64,000 bases of DNA from an uncultured Bacteroidales bacterium (GTDB taxonomy: Bacteria; Bacteroidota; Bacteroidia; Bacteroidales; JAADJA01). Position numbers and translations under genes: made by a program. This document shows, in pieces, positions 31,653 to 43,838 of the stretch (position 1 is its first letter; the number at the start of each line of letters is the position of its first letter). The stretch is from contig CAWJBC010000002.1 of the NCBI GenBank assembly GCA_963840975.1, positions 580,253-644,252 on the forward strand, written 5' to 3'. The notes below the pieces were generated by a model, which was not told the DNA's origin, made no database searches, and was given only the letters and a program-made list of their open reading frames with translations.

Positions 31653-32768
31653 ATGCAATTTATAGATTTAAAAACACAACAGGCAAGGATCAAGGACAAG
31701 ATTGATGCGAATATTCAGAAAGTTCTTGCGCATGGAAATTATATCATGGGACCCGAAATTACAGAGCTTGAAAACAAACTTGCCGAATATGTCGGTATGA
31801 AATACGGAATTGGCTGTGCAAGCGGAACAGATGCTCTTTTGATGCCATTGATGGCGTACGAGGTTGGTCCGGGTGATGCTATTTTTACCGTATCGTTTAC
31901 TTTTATTGCTACAGCGGAAGTTGTGCAGTTATTGGGTGCAACTTCGGTCTTTGTTGACATCGAGGCTGACTCGTTTAATATGGATGCTGCAAAACTTGAG
32001 GAGGGAATATTAAAAGTTAAAAAAGAAGGAAAGCTCAAGCTGAAAGGGATTATACCGGTTGATCTTTTCGGACAGCCGGCTGATTACGACGAAATCAACG
32101 CCATTGCCAAAAAGTACGGAATGTTTGTATTGGAAGATGCAGCGCAGGGATTTGGCGGACGGTATAAAAACAGGATGGCAGGCTCTCTTGCTGAGGTGGC
32201 TGCCACCAGTTTCTTTCCTGCAAAACCTCTGGGTACTTACGGCGATGGAGGCATGATCTTTACCGATGATGATGAAATGGTTAAAAAACTACTTTCCATC
32301 AGGGTTCACGGTCAGGGCAGTGATAAATACAACAACATCAGGCTAGGGATCAATGGACGATTGGATACTTTAATGGCAGCCATCCTGTTGCCTAAATTTG
32401 AGATTTTTGAGGAGGAGATTGGTCTTCGCCAAAAAGTTGCCGGAAGATATTCTGAAAAATTAGCGGGTATTGTTAAAACCCCCGATGTTAAACCTTATAA
32501 CCTTTCAGCATGGGCGCAGTATTCAATCCTGCATCCCCAAAGGGAAAAGGTCATGGAAGGTCTGAAGTCGGATGGAATCCCTACTGCTGTTTATTATCCC
32601 AAACCCCTTCACCTTCAGGATGCTTTTGTTGGTTTGGGTTATAAGCATGGTGATTTTCCGGTTACCGAGCAAATAGCTTCACAGGTTTTCAGTCTTCCAA
32701 TGCACCCATACCTGTCGCACGAAGATCAGGATAAGATTGTCAACAGCATTATTAAACATGCGAAATAA
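31653..32768 (+). CDS. DegT/DnrJ/EryC1/StrS-family PLP aminotransferase, WbpE-like
   Basis: 'GPEI.ELE..LA.Y.G', 'SGTDALL' and 'SFFPAKPLG' (PLP Lys) motifs. Confidence 0.85.
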   Translation: MQFIDLKTQQARIKDKIDANIQKVLAHGNYIMGPEITELENKLAEYVGMKYGIGCASGTDALLMPLMAYEVGPGDAIFTVSFTFIATAEVVQLLGATSVFVDIEADSFNMDAAKLEEGILKVKKEGKLKLKGIIPVDLFGQPADYDEINAIAKKYGMFVLEDAAQGFGGRYKNRMAGSLAEVAATSFFPAKPLGTYGDGGMIFTDDDEMVKKLLSIRVHGQGSDKYNNIRLGINGRLDTLMAAILLPKFEIFEEEIGLRQKVAGRYSEKLAGIVKTPDVKPYNLSAWAQYSILHPQREKVMEGLKSDGIPTAVYYPKPLHLQDAFVGLGYKHGDFPVTEQIASQVFSLPMHPYLSHEDQDKIVNSIIKHAK

Positions 32769-32795
32769 ATGATTCAATCACAGGTATGAAACCCT

Positions 32796-32855
32796 CCGCC
32801 TTCGGCGGGATTGTTCAACTTTCAAATTTCAAAAACGCAGAGCATTGAAATTTGA
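32796..32855 (+). promoter_or_regulatory. Two intergenic hairpins within the operon
   Basis: ccgcc-ttc-ggcgg at 32796-32808. An 11-bp perfect stem, tcaaatttcaa...ttgaaatttga, at 32822-32855. Confidence 0.3.
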
Positions 32856-32935
32856 GTTTCACAAATAAACAAAAATGCTCTATTTGCCGTTTATAGATGT
32901 TTCGAGAATTGAAGTAATGAAATAAAAAAGTGAAA

Positions 32936-34231
32936 ATGAATATTTACGAGAAATTAATCAATAAAGAAGTCAAATTATCATTGGTTGGATTAGGTTATGT
33001 TGGGCTGCCCATTGCGCTTGAATTTGCAAAAAAAATATCGGTAGTAGGATTTGATATCAGTCAGGAAAGGGTTGATATGATGAAAAATAAAGTTGACCCA
33101 AGTGAAGAGTTGACATCCGAAGCATTCGATAATTGCGACATCGTTTTTACCACCAATCCCGATGACCTCAAGGCTGCAGCTTTTCATATCGTAGCTGTTC
33201 CAACGCCCATTGATAATCATAATATGCCCGATCTGACTCCTTTGCTATCAGCCACAAGGACAGTAGGAAAAATTCTGAAAAAAGGCGACTATGTGGTTTA
33301 TGAATCAACTGTTTATCCCGGCGCCACTGAGGAAGATTGCGTTCCAATACTCGAAAATCTTTCAGGACTAAAGTGCGGAATAGATTTTAAAGTAGGTTAC
33401 AGTCCCGAGAGGATCAATCCGGGGGATAAAGAGCATACCATTGTTACCATTAAAAAAATTGTTTCGGGTTGTGACGAGATTTCTCTTGATAATATTGCCA
33501 AAACCTATGAAATTGTTGTAAAGGCGGGAGTTCACAGAGCACCTAACATTAAAGTGGCTGAAGCGGCTAAGGTTATCGAGAATACCCAACGGGATGTGAA
33601 CATTGCTTTTATGAATGAGCTTTCTATCATTTTTAACCGGATGGGAATAAATACATATGATGTGCTGGAAGCTGCCGGAACCAAATGGAACTTCCTGAAA
33701 TTTTATCCCGGGCTGGTTGGCGGGCATTGCATAGGTGTTGATCCCTATTACCTTGCTTATAAAGCCAAAGAGTTCCGTTACCATCCGCAGGTAATAAATT
33801 CGGGACGATTTGTTAATGACTCCATGGGATTTTATATCGCCAAACAAATTGTAAAGAAATTAATAGAAAAAGGGAAAAAGATATTAAACACCAAAGTCCT
33901 CGTAATGGGCGTTACCTTCAAAGAAGATGTGAGTGATTTGAGGAATTCCAAAGTTGCGGATTTGGTCAACGAATTAAAATCCTACGGCATTTTGGTTGAA
34001 GTTGTTGATCCTCACGCATCCGGCGCAGAAGTTAAAAAGGAATACGGTTTCGAACTTGTTGAAGATATTTCGGATGATTACAATGCGGTGGTAGTAGCGG
34101 TTTCTCACAAAGCTTACATTGACCTGGACGAAAAATTCTTTAAATCAATTTCTGCCAACAATGGTATAGTCGTTGATGTAAAAGGGCTTTACAGAAACAA
34201 AATCAAAGAACTGACATACTGGAGTCTTTAA
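32936..34231 (+). CDS. UDP-N-acetyl-hexosamine 6-dehydrogenase family (WbpA/TviB/Cap5O-like nucleotide-sugar dehydrogenase)
   Basis: 'VGLGYVGLPIALEFA' Rossmann motif, a catalytic-Cys region 'GLVGGHCIGVDPYY' and a UDPG_MGDP_dh C-terminal domain. Confidence 0.85.
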   Translation: MNIYEKLINKEVKLSLVGLGYVGLPIALEFAKKISVVGFDISQERVDMMKNKVDPSEELTSEAFDNCDIVFTTNPDDLKAAAFHIVAVPTPIDNHNMPDLTPLLSATRTVGKILKKGDYVVYESTVYPGATEEDCVPILENLSGLKCGIDFKVGYSPERINPGDKEHTIVTIKKIVSGCDEISLDNIAKTYEIVVKAGVHRAPNIKVAEAAKVIENTQRDVNIAFMNELSIIFNRMGINTYDVLEAAGTKWNFLKFYPGLVGGHCIGVDPYYLAYKAKEFRYHPQVINSGRFVNDSMGFYIAKQIVKKLIEKGKKILNTKVLVMGVTFKEDVSDLRNSKVADLVNELKSYGILVEVVDPHASGAEVKKEYGFELVEDISDDYNAVVVAVSHKAYIDLDEKFFKSISANNGIVVDVKGLYRNKIKELTYWSL

Positions 34232-34244
34232 AACAACTTAACAT

Positions 34245-35272
34245 TTGAAAATTTTAGTAACAGGCGGAACTGGTTATATCGGATCTCATACCGTTGTTGA
34301 GCTTCAACAGAAGGGTTATGATGTAATCATTGTTGACAACCTGTCGAATTCTTATATAAGTGTTGTTGATCAGATTGAAAAAATTACCGGAATCCGCCCT
34401 GGGTTTGAAGCGATTGATTTAAGGGACAATAATAAAACCAGCAGATTTTTTTAAAAGGAATATAGGGAATTACAGGTATCATCCATTTTGCAGCTTTGAA
34501 ATCTGTAGGAGAGTCCGTTGACAAACCATTGGATTACTACCAAAACAACATTTTTTCGCTGATCAATGTATTAAATGAAATGAAAGAACACAATATTTCT
34601 GATTTTGTGTTCTCATCTTCCTGCACGGTTTACGGTCAACCGGATGAATTACCGGTAAGCGAAAAGGCTCCAATCAAAAAGGCATGGTCGCCTTATGGTC
34701 ATACCAAGCAAATTTCGGAGGAAGTGATCGAAAATGTTTGTAAATCATCTTCGATTCAAAGTATTTTGTTGCGCTATTTCAACCCCATTGGAGCGCACGA
34801 TTCGGCATTGATCGGAGAATTGCCTATCGGAATTCCCAATAATCTTGTTCCGTTTCTAACCCAGACTGCAATCGGAAAACGAGAACAAATGAATGTTTTT
34901 GGAAACGATTATAATACTCCTGACGGCACCGCTATCCGGGATTATATTCATGTGGTTGACCTGGCAAAGGCTCACGTTGTTGCCATTGACAGGCTGGTGA
35001 AAAGAAAAAACAATAGCAATCCTGAAATTTTTAATCTGGGTACCGGCATAGGTTATTCCGTTCTTGATATCATTAATTCTTTTGAGAAATCAACCGGCAT
35101 TAAGCTGAACTATTCCATTGGCAACCGGAGACCCGGTGATATCGAAAAAGTGTGGGCAGATACCACTTTTGCAAATTCAGAACTCGGCTGGAAAGCAGAA
35201 AAAAACCTTGATGATATGATGCTTTCAGCCTGGAAATGGGAACTTTTTTTGAATAAAAAAGTAATAAACTAA
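34245..35272 (+). pseudogene. galE: UDP-glucose 4-epimerase, frame broken twice (possible artefact)
   Basis: 'MKILVTGGTGYIGSHTVVEL' and later '...GIIHFAALKSVGES...YGHTK...'. The frame path is 0 to 1 to 2. Removing one base from A4 (34434-37) and one from G3 (34465-67) restores '...DNNKPADFFKRNIGITGIIHF'. Confidence 0.85.
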
Positions 35273-35284
35273 AAATAACTAATA

Positions 35285-36337
35285 ATGAAAAAACTACTCA
35301 TTACGGGAGCCGCCGGATTTATCGGATCGCATGTTGTGCGCCTTTTTGTCAACAAATACACCGACTATCAGGTTTATAACCTCGATAAACTTACTTATGC
35401 CGGCAATCTTGAAAACCTTAAAGATATTGAGAATAAACCGAACTATACTTTCATCAAAGGCGATATTGTTGATTCTGATTTTATTCTAAATTTATTCAAC
35501 GAACACCGGTTCGACGGAGTCATTCATCTGGCTGCAGAGTCACATGTTGACAGATCCATCTCCAATCCAACGGAATTTATTTTCACCAATATCGTTGGAA
35601 CGGTCAATCTTCTCAATGCAGCCCGGCACATTTGGAAAGATAATATTACAGGAAAAAAGTTTTATCATATTTCGACTGATGAGGTGTATGGATCGTTGGG
35701 TGATACAGGCTATTTTACAGAAGAAACAGCGTATAATCCGCACAGTCCTTATTCGGCTTCCAAAGCAAGCTCCGATCATCTCGTCAGGGCATATCTTGAT
35801 ACATTCGGTTTGCCGGTAGTGATTTCAAACTGCTCGAATAATTACGGACCCAACCAGTTTCCTGAAAAACTGCTGCCTCTTTTTATTCATAATATCAAAA
35901 CCAACAAACCCCTTCCGGTTTATGGTCAGGGATTGAATGTACGTGACTGGCTTTATGTTGAGGATCATGCTTCGGCAATTGATCTGATCTTTCATGACGG
36001 TAAAATTGGAGAAACTTATAATATTGGTGGAAACAATGAATGGAAAAACATTGATCTCATCCTGAAACTTTGTGAAATCATGGATCATAAACTTAATCGC
36101 GAGCCGGGGACTTCCAAAAAACTGATTACCTACGTAAAAGATCGCGCTGGTCATGATCTTCGCTACGCCATTGATTCATCCAAGCTGCATAAAGAACTTG
36201 GCTGGAGCCCGTCACTTGATTTTGAAAAAGGACTGGAAAAAACAGTTGACTGGTATCTTACCAATCAGGATTGGCTTGATAACGTTACTTCGGGTGAATA
36301 CCAAAAATACTACAAGGAGCAATACGAAAAAAGGTAA
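35285..36337 (+). CDS. rfbB: dTDP-glucose 4,6-dehydratase
   Basis: '[12 protein letters not shown]', 'HLAAESHVDRS' and 'YSASKA' motifs over the full length. Confidence 0.9.
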   Translation: MKKLLITGAAGFIGSHVVRLFVNKYTDYQVYNLDKLTYAGNLENLKDIENKPNYTFIKGDIVDSDFILNLFNEHRFDGVIHLAAESHVDRSISNPTEFIFTNIVGTVNLLNAARHIWKDNITGKKFYHISTDEVYGSLGDTGYFTEETAYNPHSPYSASKASSDHLVRAYLDTFGLPVVISNCSNNYGPNQFPEKLLPLFIHNIKTNKPLPVYGQGLNVRDWLYVEDHASAIDLIFHDGKIGETYNIGGNNEWKNIDLILKLCEIMDHKLNREPGTSKKLITYVKDRAGHDLRYAIDSSKLHKELGWSPSLDFEKGLEKTVDWYLTNQDWLDNVTSGEYQKYYKEQYEKR

Positions 36338-36338
36338 A

Positions 36339-36477
36339 CGTTGAGTCTACTCTGAAAAGTGATTTATCGTCATTGCGAGCGTAGCGAAGCAATCTTTTGG
36401 TTCTGAAAATCAACAGATTGCTTTGGGCTTCGCCCTCGCAATGACGTCCTGTTTTTCTTTTCAGAGTGGACTCAACG
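36339..36477. repeat. Nested palindromic intergenic element; likely bidirectional terminator between convergent rfbB and fabD
   Basis: Outer arms cgttgagtc(t)actctgaaaag / cttttcagagtggactcaacg. Inner arms cgtcattgcgag(c)g..gcgaagcaatc / gattgcttt.ggcttcgc.ctcgcaatgacg. Confidence 0.7.
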
Positions 36478-36508
36478 ATTAAAGTTGTTCAGAAATGCAA
36501 CTTAATGG

Positions 36509-37390
36509 CTATACTGTCGCCGACATTGCCAAGACTGTATTATTGACTTTCTTAACCAAACCCTGTAATACACTTCCCGGTCCTACTTCAATAAATGTAG
36601 TAGCCCCATCGGCAATCATTTTTTCGATAATCTGTGTCCACCTGACAGGTGATGTCAGTTGAGCGATCAGGTTTATTTTGATCTGTTCAGGATCGGTGAT
36701 CGCCATTGCATTTACATTTTGGTAAATCGGGCATACAGGTTTGTTGAAAGTAGTCGTGTTAATGGCTTCCGCCAATTCTAACCTTGCCGGTTCCATCAGC
36801 GGAGAATGAAAAGCACCACCCACTTTAAGCGGAAGCGCTCTTTTGGCTCCGGCTTCCTTTAATTTTTCGCAGGCGATTTCAATTCCCTTCACTGATCCTG
36901 AAATAACCAATTGTCCCGGGCTGTTGTAATTTGCAGGAACGACAACCTCGCTTATTTTTGCAAGTGTTTCCTCAACTGTATTATCATCCAGACCCAAAAT
37001 GGCAGCCATTGTCGAAGGTTCTGCTTCACAGGCTTTCTGCATAGCCATCGCCCTCGCAAATACCAGCTTTAAACCATCTTCAAACGATAATGTATTGTTG
37101 GCAACCAATGCAGAGAATTCACCTAATGAATGACCTGCCACCATATCCGGTTGAAACGAATTTCCCATCACCTTTGAAAGTATCACTGAGTGCAAAAAAA
37201 TTGCAGGTTGAGTCACTTTGGTTTGTCTGAGATCCTCTTCAGTACCATTAAACATGATTTCGGTAATTTTGAAGTTCAGGATTTGATCAGCCATTTCAAA
37301 AAGTTTTCTGGCTTTTTCAGAAGAATCGTACAGATCCTTTCCCATCCCTGTAAACTGAGCGCCCTGCCCCGGAAATATGTATGCTTTCAT
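36509..37390 (-). CDS. fabD: Malonyl-CoA:ACP transacylase
   Basis: 'FPGQGAQ' and 'GHSLGEFSAL' active-site motifs. Confidence 0.9.
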   Translation of the reverse strand: MKAYIFPGQGAQFTGMGKDLYDSSEKARKLFEMADQILNFKITEIMFNGTEEDLRQTKVTQPAIFLHSVILSKVMGNSFQPDMVAGHSLGEFSALVANNTLSFEDGLKLVFARAMAMQKACEAEPSTMAAILGLDDNTVEETLAKISEVVVPANYNSPGQLVISGSVKGIEIACEKLKEAGAKRALPLKVGGAFHSPLMEPARLELAEAINTTTFNKPVCPIYQNVNAMAITDPEQIKINLIAQLTSPVRWTQIIEKMIADGATTFIEVGPGSVLQGLVKKVNNTVLAMSATV

Positions 37391-37458
37391 AATCGTGTCT
37401 AATTTTTAAGGCGGCAAAATTAGTAAATTAATATTTTTCATATATTCCTTAAAATGCT

Positions 37459-37466
37459 TACTTTTG
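37459..37466 (+). promoter_or_regulatory. Candidate -7 box (TACTTTTG)
   Basis: TAnnTTTG match about 30 nt upstream of the wza-like start. The -33 element is weak. Confidence 0.3.
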
Positions 37467-37497
37467 CGCCTTGTTAAAAATAAGGCTTACGAAATAA

Positions 37498-38292
37498 ATG
37501 AATCCGATGCAGTTACGCTTAAAATATTTGATTAAATCATTCCTTTTAGTCGCCATTTTACTGGCGATTTTTGCCTCCTGTGTTCCGATAAAAAAACAGA
37601 TTTATTTTCAGGCACAAAAGGACAGTATCAAATCAGAGTTTGTAAACAATAAGATATATGATTACAAATTGCAGGTAGGAAACAATATTTATGCAAGGGT
37701 TTACAGCATGAATGAAGAGTCTTATTCTTTTTTTAATCTTGGTCAAAGCAATCAATCAGGAAATGTTTATTATGACGCCGGAATTTATCTGAACAGTTAT
37801 TATATTGATAACAATGGTTATGCTGATTTACCATTTATTGGAAAAGTAAATGTGCTTGGTTTAACTGTGGATGAAGCGAAAGAATTAATACAGACTGAAA
37901 TTGACAAATACCTCATTAAAACCACAGTTATCGTTAAACTGGTCAATTATAATGTTACCGTTGTTGGCGAGGTTAAAAATCCAGGACAATACAAAATTTA
38001 TCAGGATAAGATCAATATTTTTGAAGTTATAAGTATTGCCGGCGACATGACTACCTATGCAAAAAGAGATGACCTTGTGCTGGTGCGTAAAAATGGAAAC
38101 AAGACAAAGATTTTTCATATTGATATGATGCATGATAATGTACTGGAATCGGAATATTATTACATAATGCCCGACGACATCATTTACGTAACTCCGGTTA
38201 AGGGTAAAAACTTTGCTTTTTCATCCTTCCCCTACACCCTTGTTATCTCAACAATTTCATTAGGTCTTGCATTGTTTGCAATTTTTAAATAA
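37498..38292 (+). CDS. Polysaccharide export protein (Wza-like; Poly_export + SLBB domains)
   Basis: Lipoprotein-like signal with Cys. 'GYADLPFIGKVNVLGLTVDEAKELI' Poly_export motif. The 'VTVVGEVKNPGQY' SLBB motif is also present. Confidence 0.8.
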   Translation: MNPMQLRLKYLIKSFLLVAILLAIFASCVPIKKQIYFQAQKDSIKSEFVNNKIYDYKLQVGNNIYARVYSMNEESYSFFNLGQSNQSGNVYYDAGIYLNSYYIDNNGYADLPFIGKVNVLGLTVDEAKELIQTEIDKYLIKTTVIVKLVNYNVTVVGEVKNPGQYKIYQDKINIFEVISIAGDMTTYAKRDDLVLVRKNGNKTKIFHIDMMHDNVLESEYYYIMPDDIIYVTPVKGKNFAFSSFPYTLVISTISLGLALFAIFK

Positions 38293-38307
38293 GAAATAAA
38301 ACAGAAA

Positions 38308-40794
<2,487 letters not shown>

Positions 40795-40920
40795 CCAGAC
40801 GATTTATAGCCTCTGGTCATCCCGGCTTGTCTTTAAAGAAACATCTTTCCATTCAATCAGGAATAAAAAGCGGCATCGCTCCAATGAAAACCGAGGGGCA
40901 ATGTGTATGCAATATTTATC

Positions 40921-40928
40921 TAATTTTG
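40921..40928 (+). promoter_or_regulatory. Candidate -7 box (TAATTTTG) upstream of cysC
   Basis: TAnnTTTG match 35 nt before the ATG at 40963. Confidence 0.3.
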
Positions 40929-40962
40929 CCACTCATAAAAATTTGATAATTTCTTGATAAAA

Positions 40963-41574
40963 ATGATGAACAACAAGGTTGATGACAATTTTTCTGTGAT
41001 GAAACGGGAGGATAAAGAAAAGTTTTTAAATCAACGTTCAAAAGTTATTTGGATGACCGGACTCTCCGGTGCCGGAAAAACAACTATCGCCAGGCAACTT
41101 GAGAGGGAACTCTATCAGAGGGGTTACCTTGCCCAGATCCTTGATGGCGACCTCATCCGTTCAGGTATCAACAGCAATTTAACTTTTTCGGATGAGGATC
41201 GCTACGAAAACATTCGCAGGATTGCCGAGGTTTCAAAATTGCTTGTCAATTGCGGAATTATTTGCATCAATAGTTTTATAAGCCCAACTTCCGAAATTCG
41301 CAGCATGGCTCGAAAAATTATCGGCAATGAGAATTATATCGAAATCTTTGTGAATTCGCCACTGAGTGTCTGCGAGCAAAGGGATGTCAAAGGGTTATAT
41401 GCAAAAGCAAGAAAAGGACTGATCAAAGATTTCACCGGTATCGGCTCTCCTTTTGAGCATCCGGAAGAGCCGGACATTGAGGTTCACACGGATATGCAAA
41501 CAGTGGAACAATCGGTGGGTCAGATTCTTGAATATATTTTGCCATTGATTAAATTTATTGAAGACAAGAACTAA
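40963..41574 (+). CDS. cysC: Adenylyl-sulfate (APS) kinase
   Basis: 'VIWMTGLSGAGKTTIA' P-loop, 'LDGD..R' and 'FISP' motifs. I prefer the ATG at 40963 over the listed TTG at 40954. Confidence 0.9.
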   Translation: MMNNKVDDNFSVMKREDKEKFLNQRSKVIWMTGLSGAGKTTIARQLERELYQRGYLAQILDGDLIRSGINSNLTFSDEDRYENIRRIAEVSKLLVNCGIICINSFISPTSEIRSMARKIIGNENYIEIFVNSPLSVCEQRDVKGLYAKARKGLIKDFTGIGSPFEHPEEPDIEVHTDMQTVEQSVGQILEYILPLIKFIEDKN

Positions 41575-41588
41575 TTTCTCTAATTACT

Positions 41589-42494
41589 ATGCGGAAATAC
41601 AATCTCAATCATTTGAGGGAACTGGAATCGGAATCCATCTTTATCATGCGCGAAGTCGCTTCGCAATTTGAAAACCCCGCCTTGCTTTTTTCGGGTGGAA
41701 AAGATTCCATTGTTATGGTTCATTTGGCTAAAAAGGCATTTTATCCTGCGAAATTCCCCTTCCCGTTGTTTCATATTGATACGGGTCATAATTTTGAGGA
41801 AACTCTCACCTTTAGAGACGAACTGGTTAAAAAACTGGATGCAAGGCTGATCATAGGTTCGGTTCAGGAGGCGATTGATAGCGGCCGGGTAGTGGAAGAA
41901 AAAGGGTTCGAAGCAAGCCGGAATCTTTTGCAGACAGTTACCCTGCTCGATGCCATCGAAAAGCACAAGATTGATGCGGCATTGGGCGGAGGCAGACGGG
42001 ATGAGGAAAAGGCCCGCGCAAAAGAAAGGTTTTTTTCGCATCGTGATGAATTCGGACAATGGGATCCCAAAAACCAGCGCCCCGAACTCTGGAATATTTT
42101 CAACGGCAGGAAAAATATGGGCGAACATTTCAGGGTTTTCCCGCTGAGCAACTGGACCGAAATGGATATATGGCAATACATTTATCTCGATAATATTGAC
42201 ATTCCAAGTCTATACTTTACACACGAACGTGATGCTTTTGACCGTGATGGTGTTTGGCTGGCAGACGCTCCTTTTATGATGAAAAAGGAAAATGAAAAAG
42301 TGGTAAGAATAAAAGTCAGGTGCAGGACAATTGGTGATATTTCTTGTACCGGGCTCACCCTTTCGACCGCAGATAACCTTGAAGATATTATCCGGGAAAT
42401 CGCCGCCACAAGGGTAACCGAACGAGGCGGCCGGGCAGATGACAAACGGAGCGAATCGGCTATGGAAGACAGGAAGAAGGAAGGATATTTTTAA
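41589..42494 (+). CDS. cysD: Sulfate adenylyltransferase subunit 2
   Basis: 'LRELESESIFIMREV', 'FSGGKDS' PP-loop and 'RVFPLSNWTE.DIW.YI'. Confidence 0.92.
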   Translation: MRKYNLNHLRELESESIFIMREVASQFENPALLFSGGKDSIVMVHLAKKAFYPAKFPFPLFHIDTGHNFEETLTFRDELVKKLDARLIIGSVQEAIDSGRVVEEKGFEASRNLLQTVTLLDAIEKHKIDAALGGGRRDEEKARAKERFFSHRDEFGQWDPKNQRPELWNIFNGRKNMGEHFRVFPLSNWTEMDIWQYIYLDNIDIPSLYFTHERDAFDRDGVWLADAPFMMKKENEKVVRIKVRCRTIGDISCTGLTLSTADNLEDIIREIAATRVTERGGRADDKRSESAMEDRKKEGYF

Positions 42495-42525
42495 TGTTAG
42501 ATTTTTGATATACGATTTTTGATTT

Positions 42526-43821
42526 ATGATTGAAAAGATGGATGCAAATAAAGAATTCTCAAGCAAAGCATATTTGGATATGGAACTCCTGCGCTTTACC
42601 ACTGCTGGTAGTGTGGATGACGGTAAAAGTACGCTGATCGGAAGATTGTTGTACGACAGCAAGTCAATTTTTGAAGATCAGCTTGAAGCAGTAAAAAGAG
42701 CAAGTATCCGGAAAGGCAATGAACAGATTAACCTTGCATTGTTAACTGACGGGCTTCGCGCCGAAAGAGAGCAGGGCATCACCATTGATGTGGCTTATCG
42801 TTATTTTGCTACTCCCAAACGTAAGTTTATCATTGCCGATACTCCTGGCCATGTGCAATATACCCGTAATATGGTAACGGGTGCTTCCACTGCCAATGCA
42901 GCCATCATCCTGATTGATGCCCGCAATGGCGTCACTGAACAAACTTACAGGCATTCCTACATCTCTTCTCTGCTGCAGATACCACACCTGATTGTTTGTG
43001 TGAATAAAATGGACATCGTCAATTATGATGAAAAGGTTTACGAGGAGATCAAGGAAAATTTCAGTGCATTTGCTTCCAAACTTGAGGTTAACGATATCAG
43101 GTATGTTCCCATCAGTGCACTGAAAGGTGACAATGTGGTAGAATATTCCGAAAACATGCCCTGGTATGGAGGTGGTACCTTGCGGTACATTCTTGAGAAT
43201 ATCCATGTCGGTAGCGACTGGAACCATACCGATCCGCGGTTTCCGGTTCAATACGTTATCAGGCCTATTTCTGATAAATTCCATGATTACCGTGGCTATG
43301 CCGGACGTGTAGCCGGTGGTGTTTTCAGCAAAGGAGACAAAGTAATGGTTCTCCCTTCGGGCTTTGTCACTTCAATTGAGGCTATTGATTTTTATGATCA
43401 GCAACCCGAAGAAGCCTATGCGCCCATGTCGGTTACCATGCGGCTGACCGATGACCTGGATATCAGCCGGGGCGATATGATAGTTAAAGAGAACAATGTT
43501 CCTCAGATCAGTCAGGATATTGATGTGATGATGTGCTGGATGAACAACAAACCATTGATTCCCGGAACAAAATACCACTTAAAGCACACCACAGCCGATG
43601 TAAAATGTTTGGTCAAGGAAATAAAATACAAGGTGGATGTAAACACCCTCAACCAGGTGGATGATGGAAAAGAATTAACGATGAACGAAATCGCCAGGGT
43701 TTCGATCCGGACAACCAAGCCCTTGTTTTTTGATTCTTACCGGCAAAACCGTCAGACCGGAAGCATTATTTTGATTGATGAAGGAACAAACAACACTATG
43801 GGTGTTGGGATGATCATTTAA
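42526..43821 (+). CDS. cysN: Sulfate adenylyltransferase subunit 1 (GTPase)
   Basis: GTPase motifs 'GSVDDGKST', 'DTPGH' and 'NKMD'. The beta-barrel domains are EF-Tu-like. Confidence 0.9.
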   Translation: MIEKMDANKEFSSKAYLDMELLRFTTAGSVDDGKSTLIGRLLYDSKSIFEDQLEAVKRASIRKGNEQINLALLTDGLRAEREQGITIDVAYRYFATPKRKFIIADTPGHVQYTRNMVTGASTANAAIILIDARNGVTEQTYRHSYISSLLQIPHLIVCVNKMDIVNYDEKVYEEIKENFSAFASKLEVNDIRYVPISALKGDNVVEYSENMPWYGGGTLRYILENIHVGSDWNHTDPRFPVQYVIRPISDKFHDYRGYAGRVAGGVFSKGDKVMVLPSGFVTSIEAIDFYDQQPEEAYAPMSVTMRLTDDLDISRGDMIVKENNVPQISQDIDVMMCWMNNKPLIPGTKYHLKHTTADVKCLVKEIKYKVDVNTLNQVDDGKELTMNEIARVSIRTTKPLFFDSYRQNRQTGSIILIDEGTNNTMGVGMII

Positions 43822-43838
43822 TTTATAAAAAACAGCAA

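Noticed and set aside
40795-40953. Sulfur-responsive riboswitch or leader upstream of cysC
   Set aside because: Only a short ccag...ctgg hairpin after wzc and a -7 box are visible. I could name no recognisable riboswitch core.
41580-43284. Long antisense ORFs inside cysD/cysN (41580-42176, 41864-42181, 42210-42662, 42742-43284)
   Set aside because: These are shadow ORFs opposite strongly conserved genes and have no recognisable motifs. The same applies to 22979-23563, 33368-33847, 48420-48809, 49002-49469, 62002-62505 and the other short overlapping ORFs in the track.
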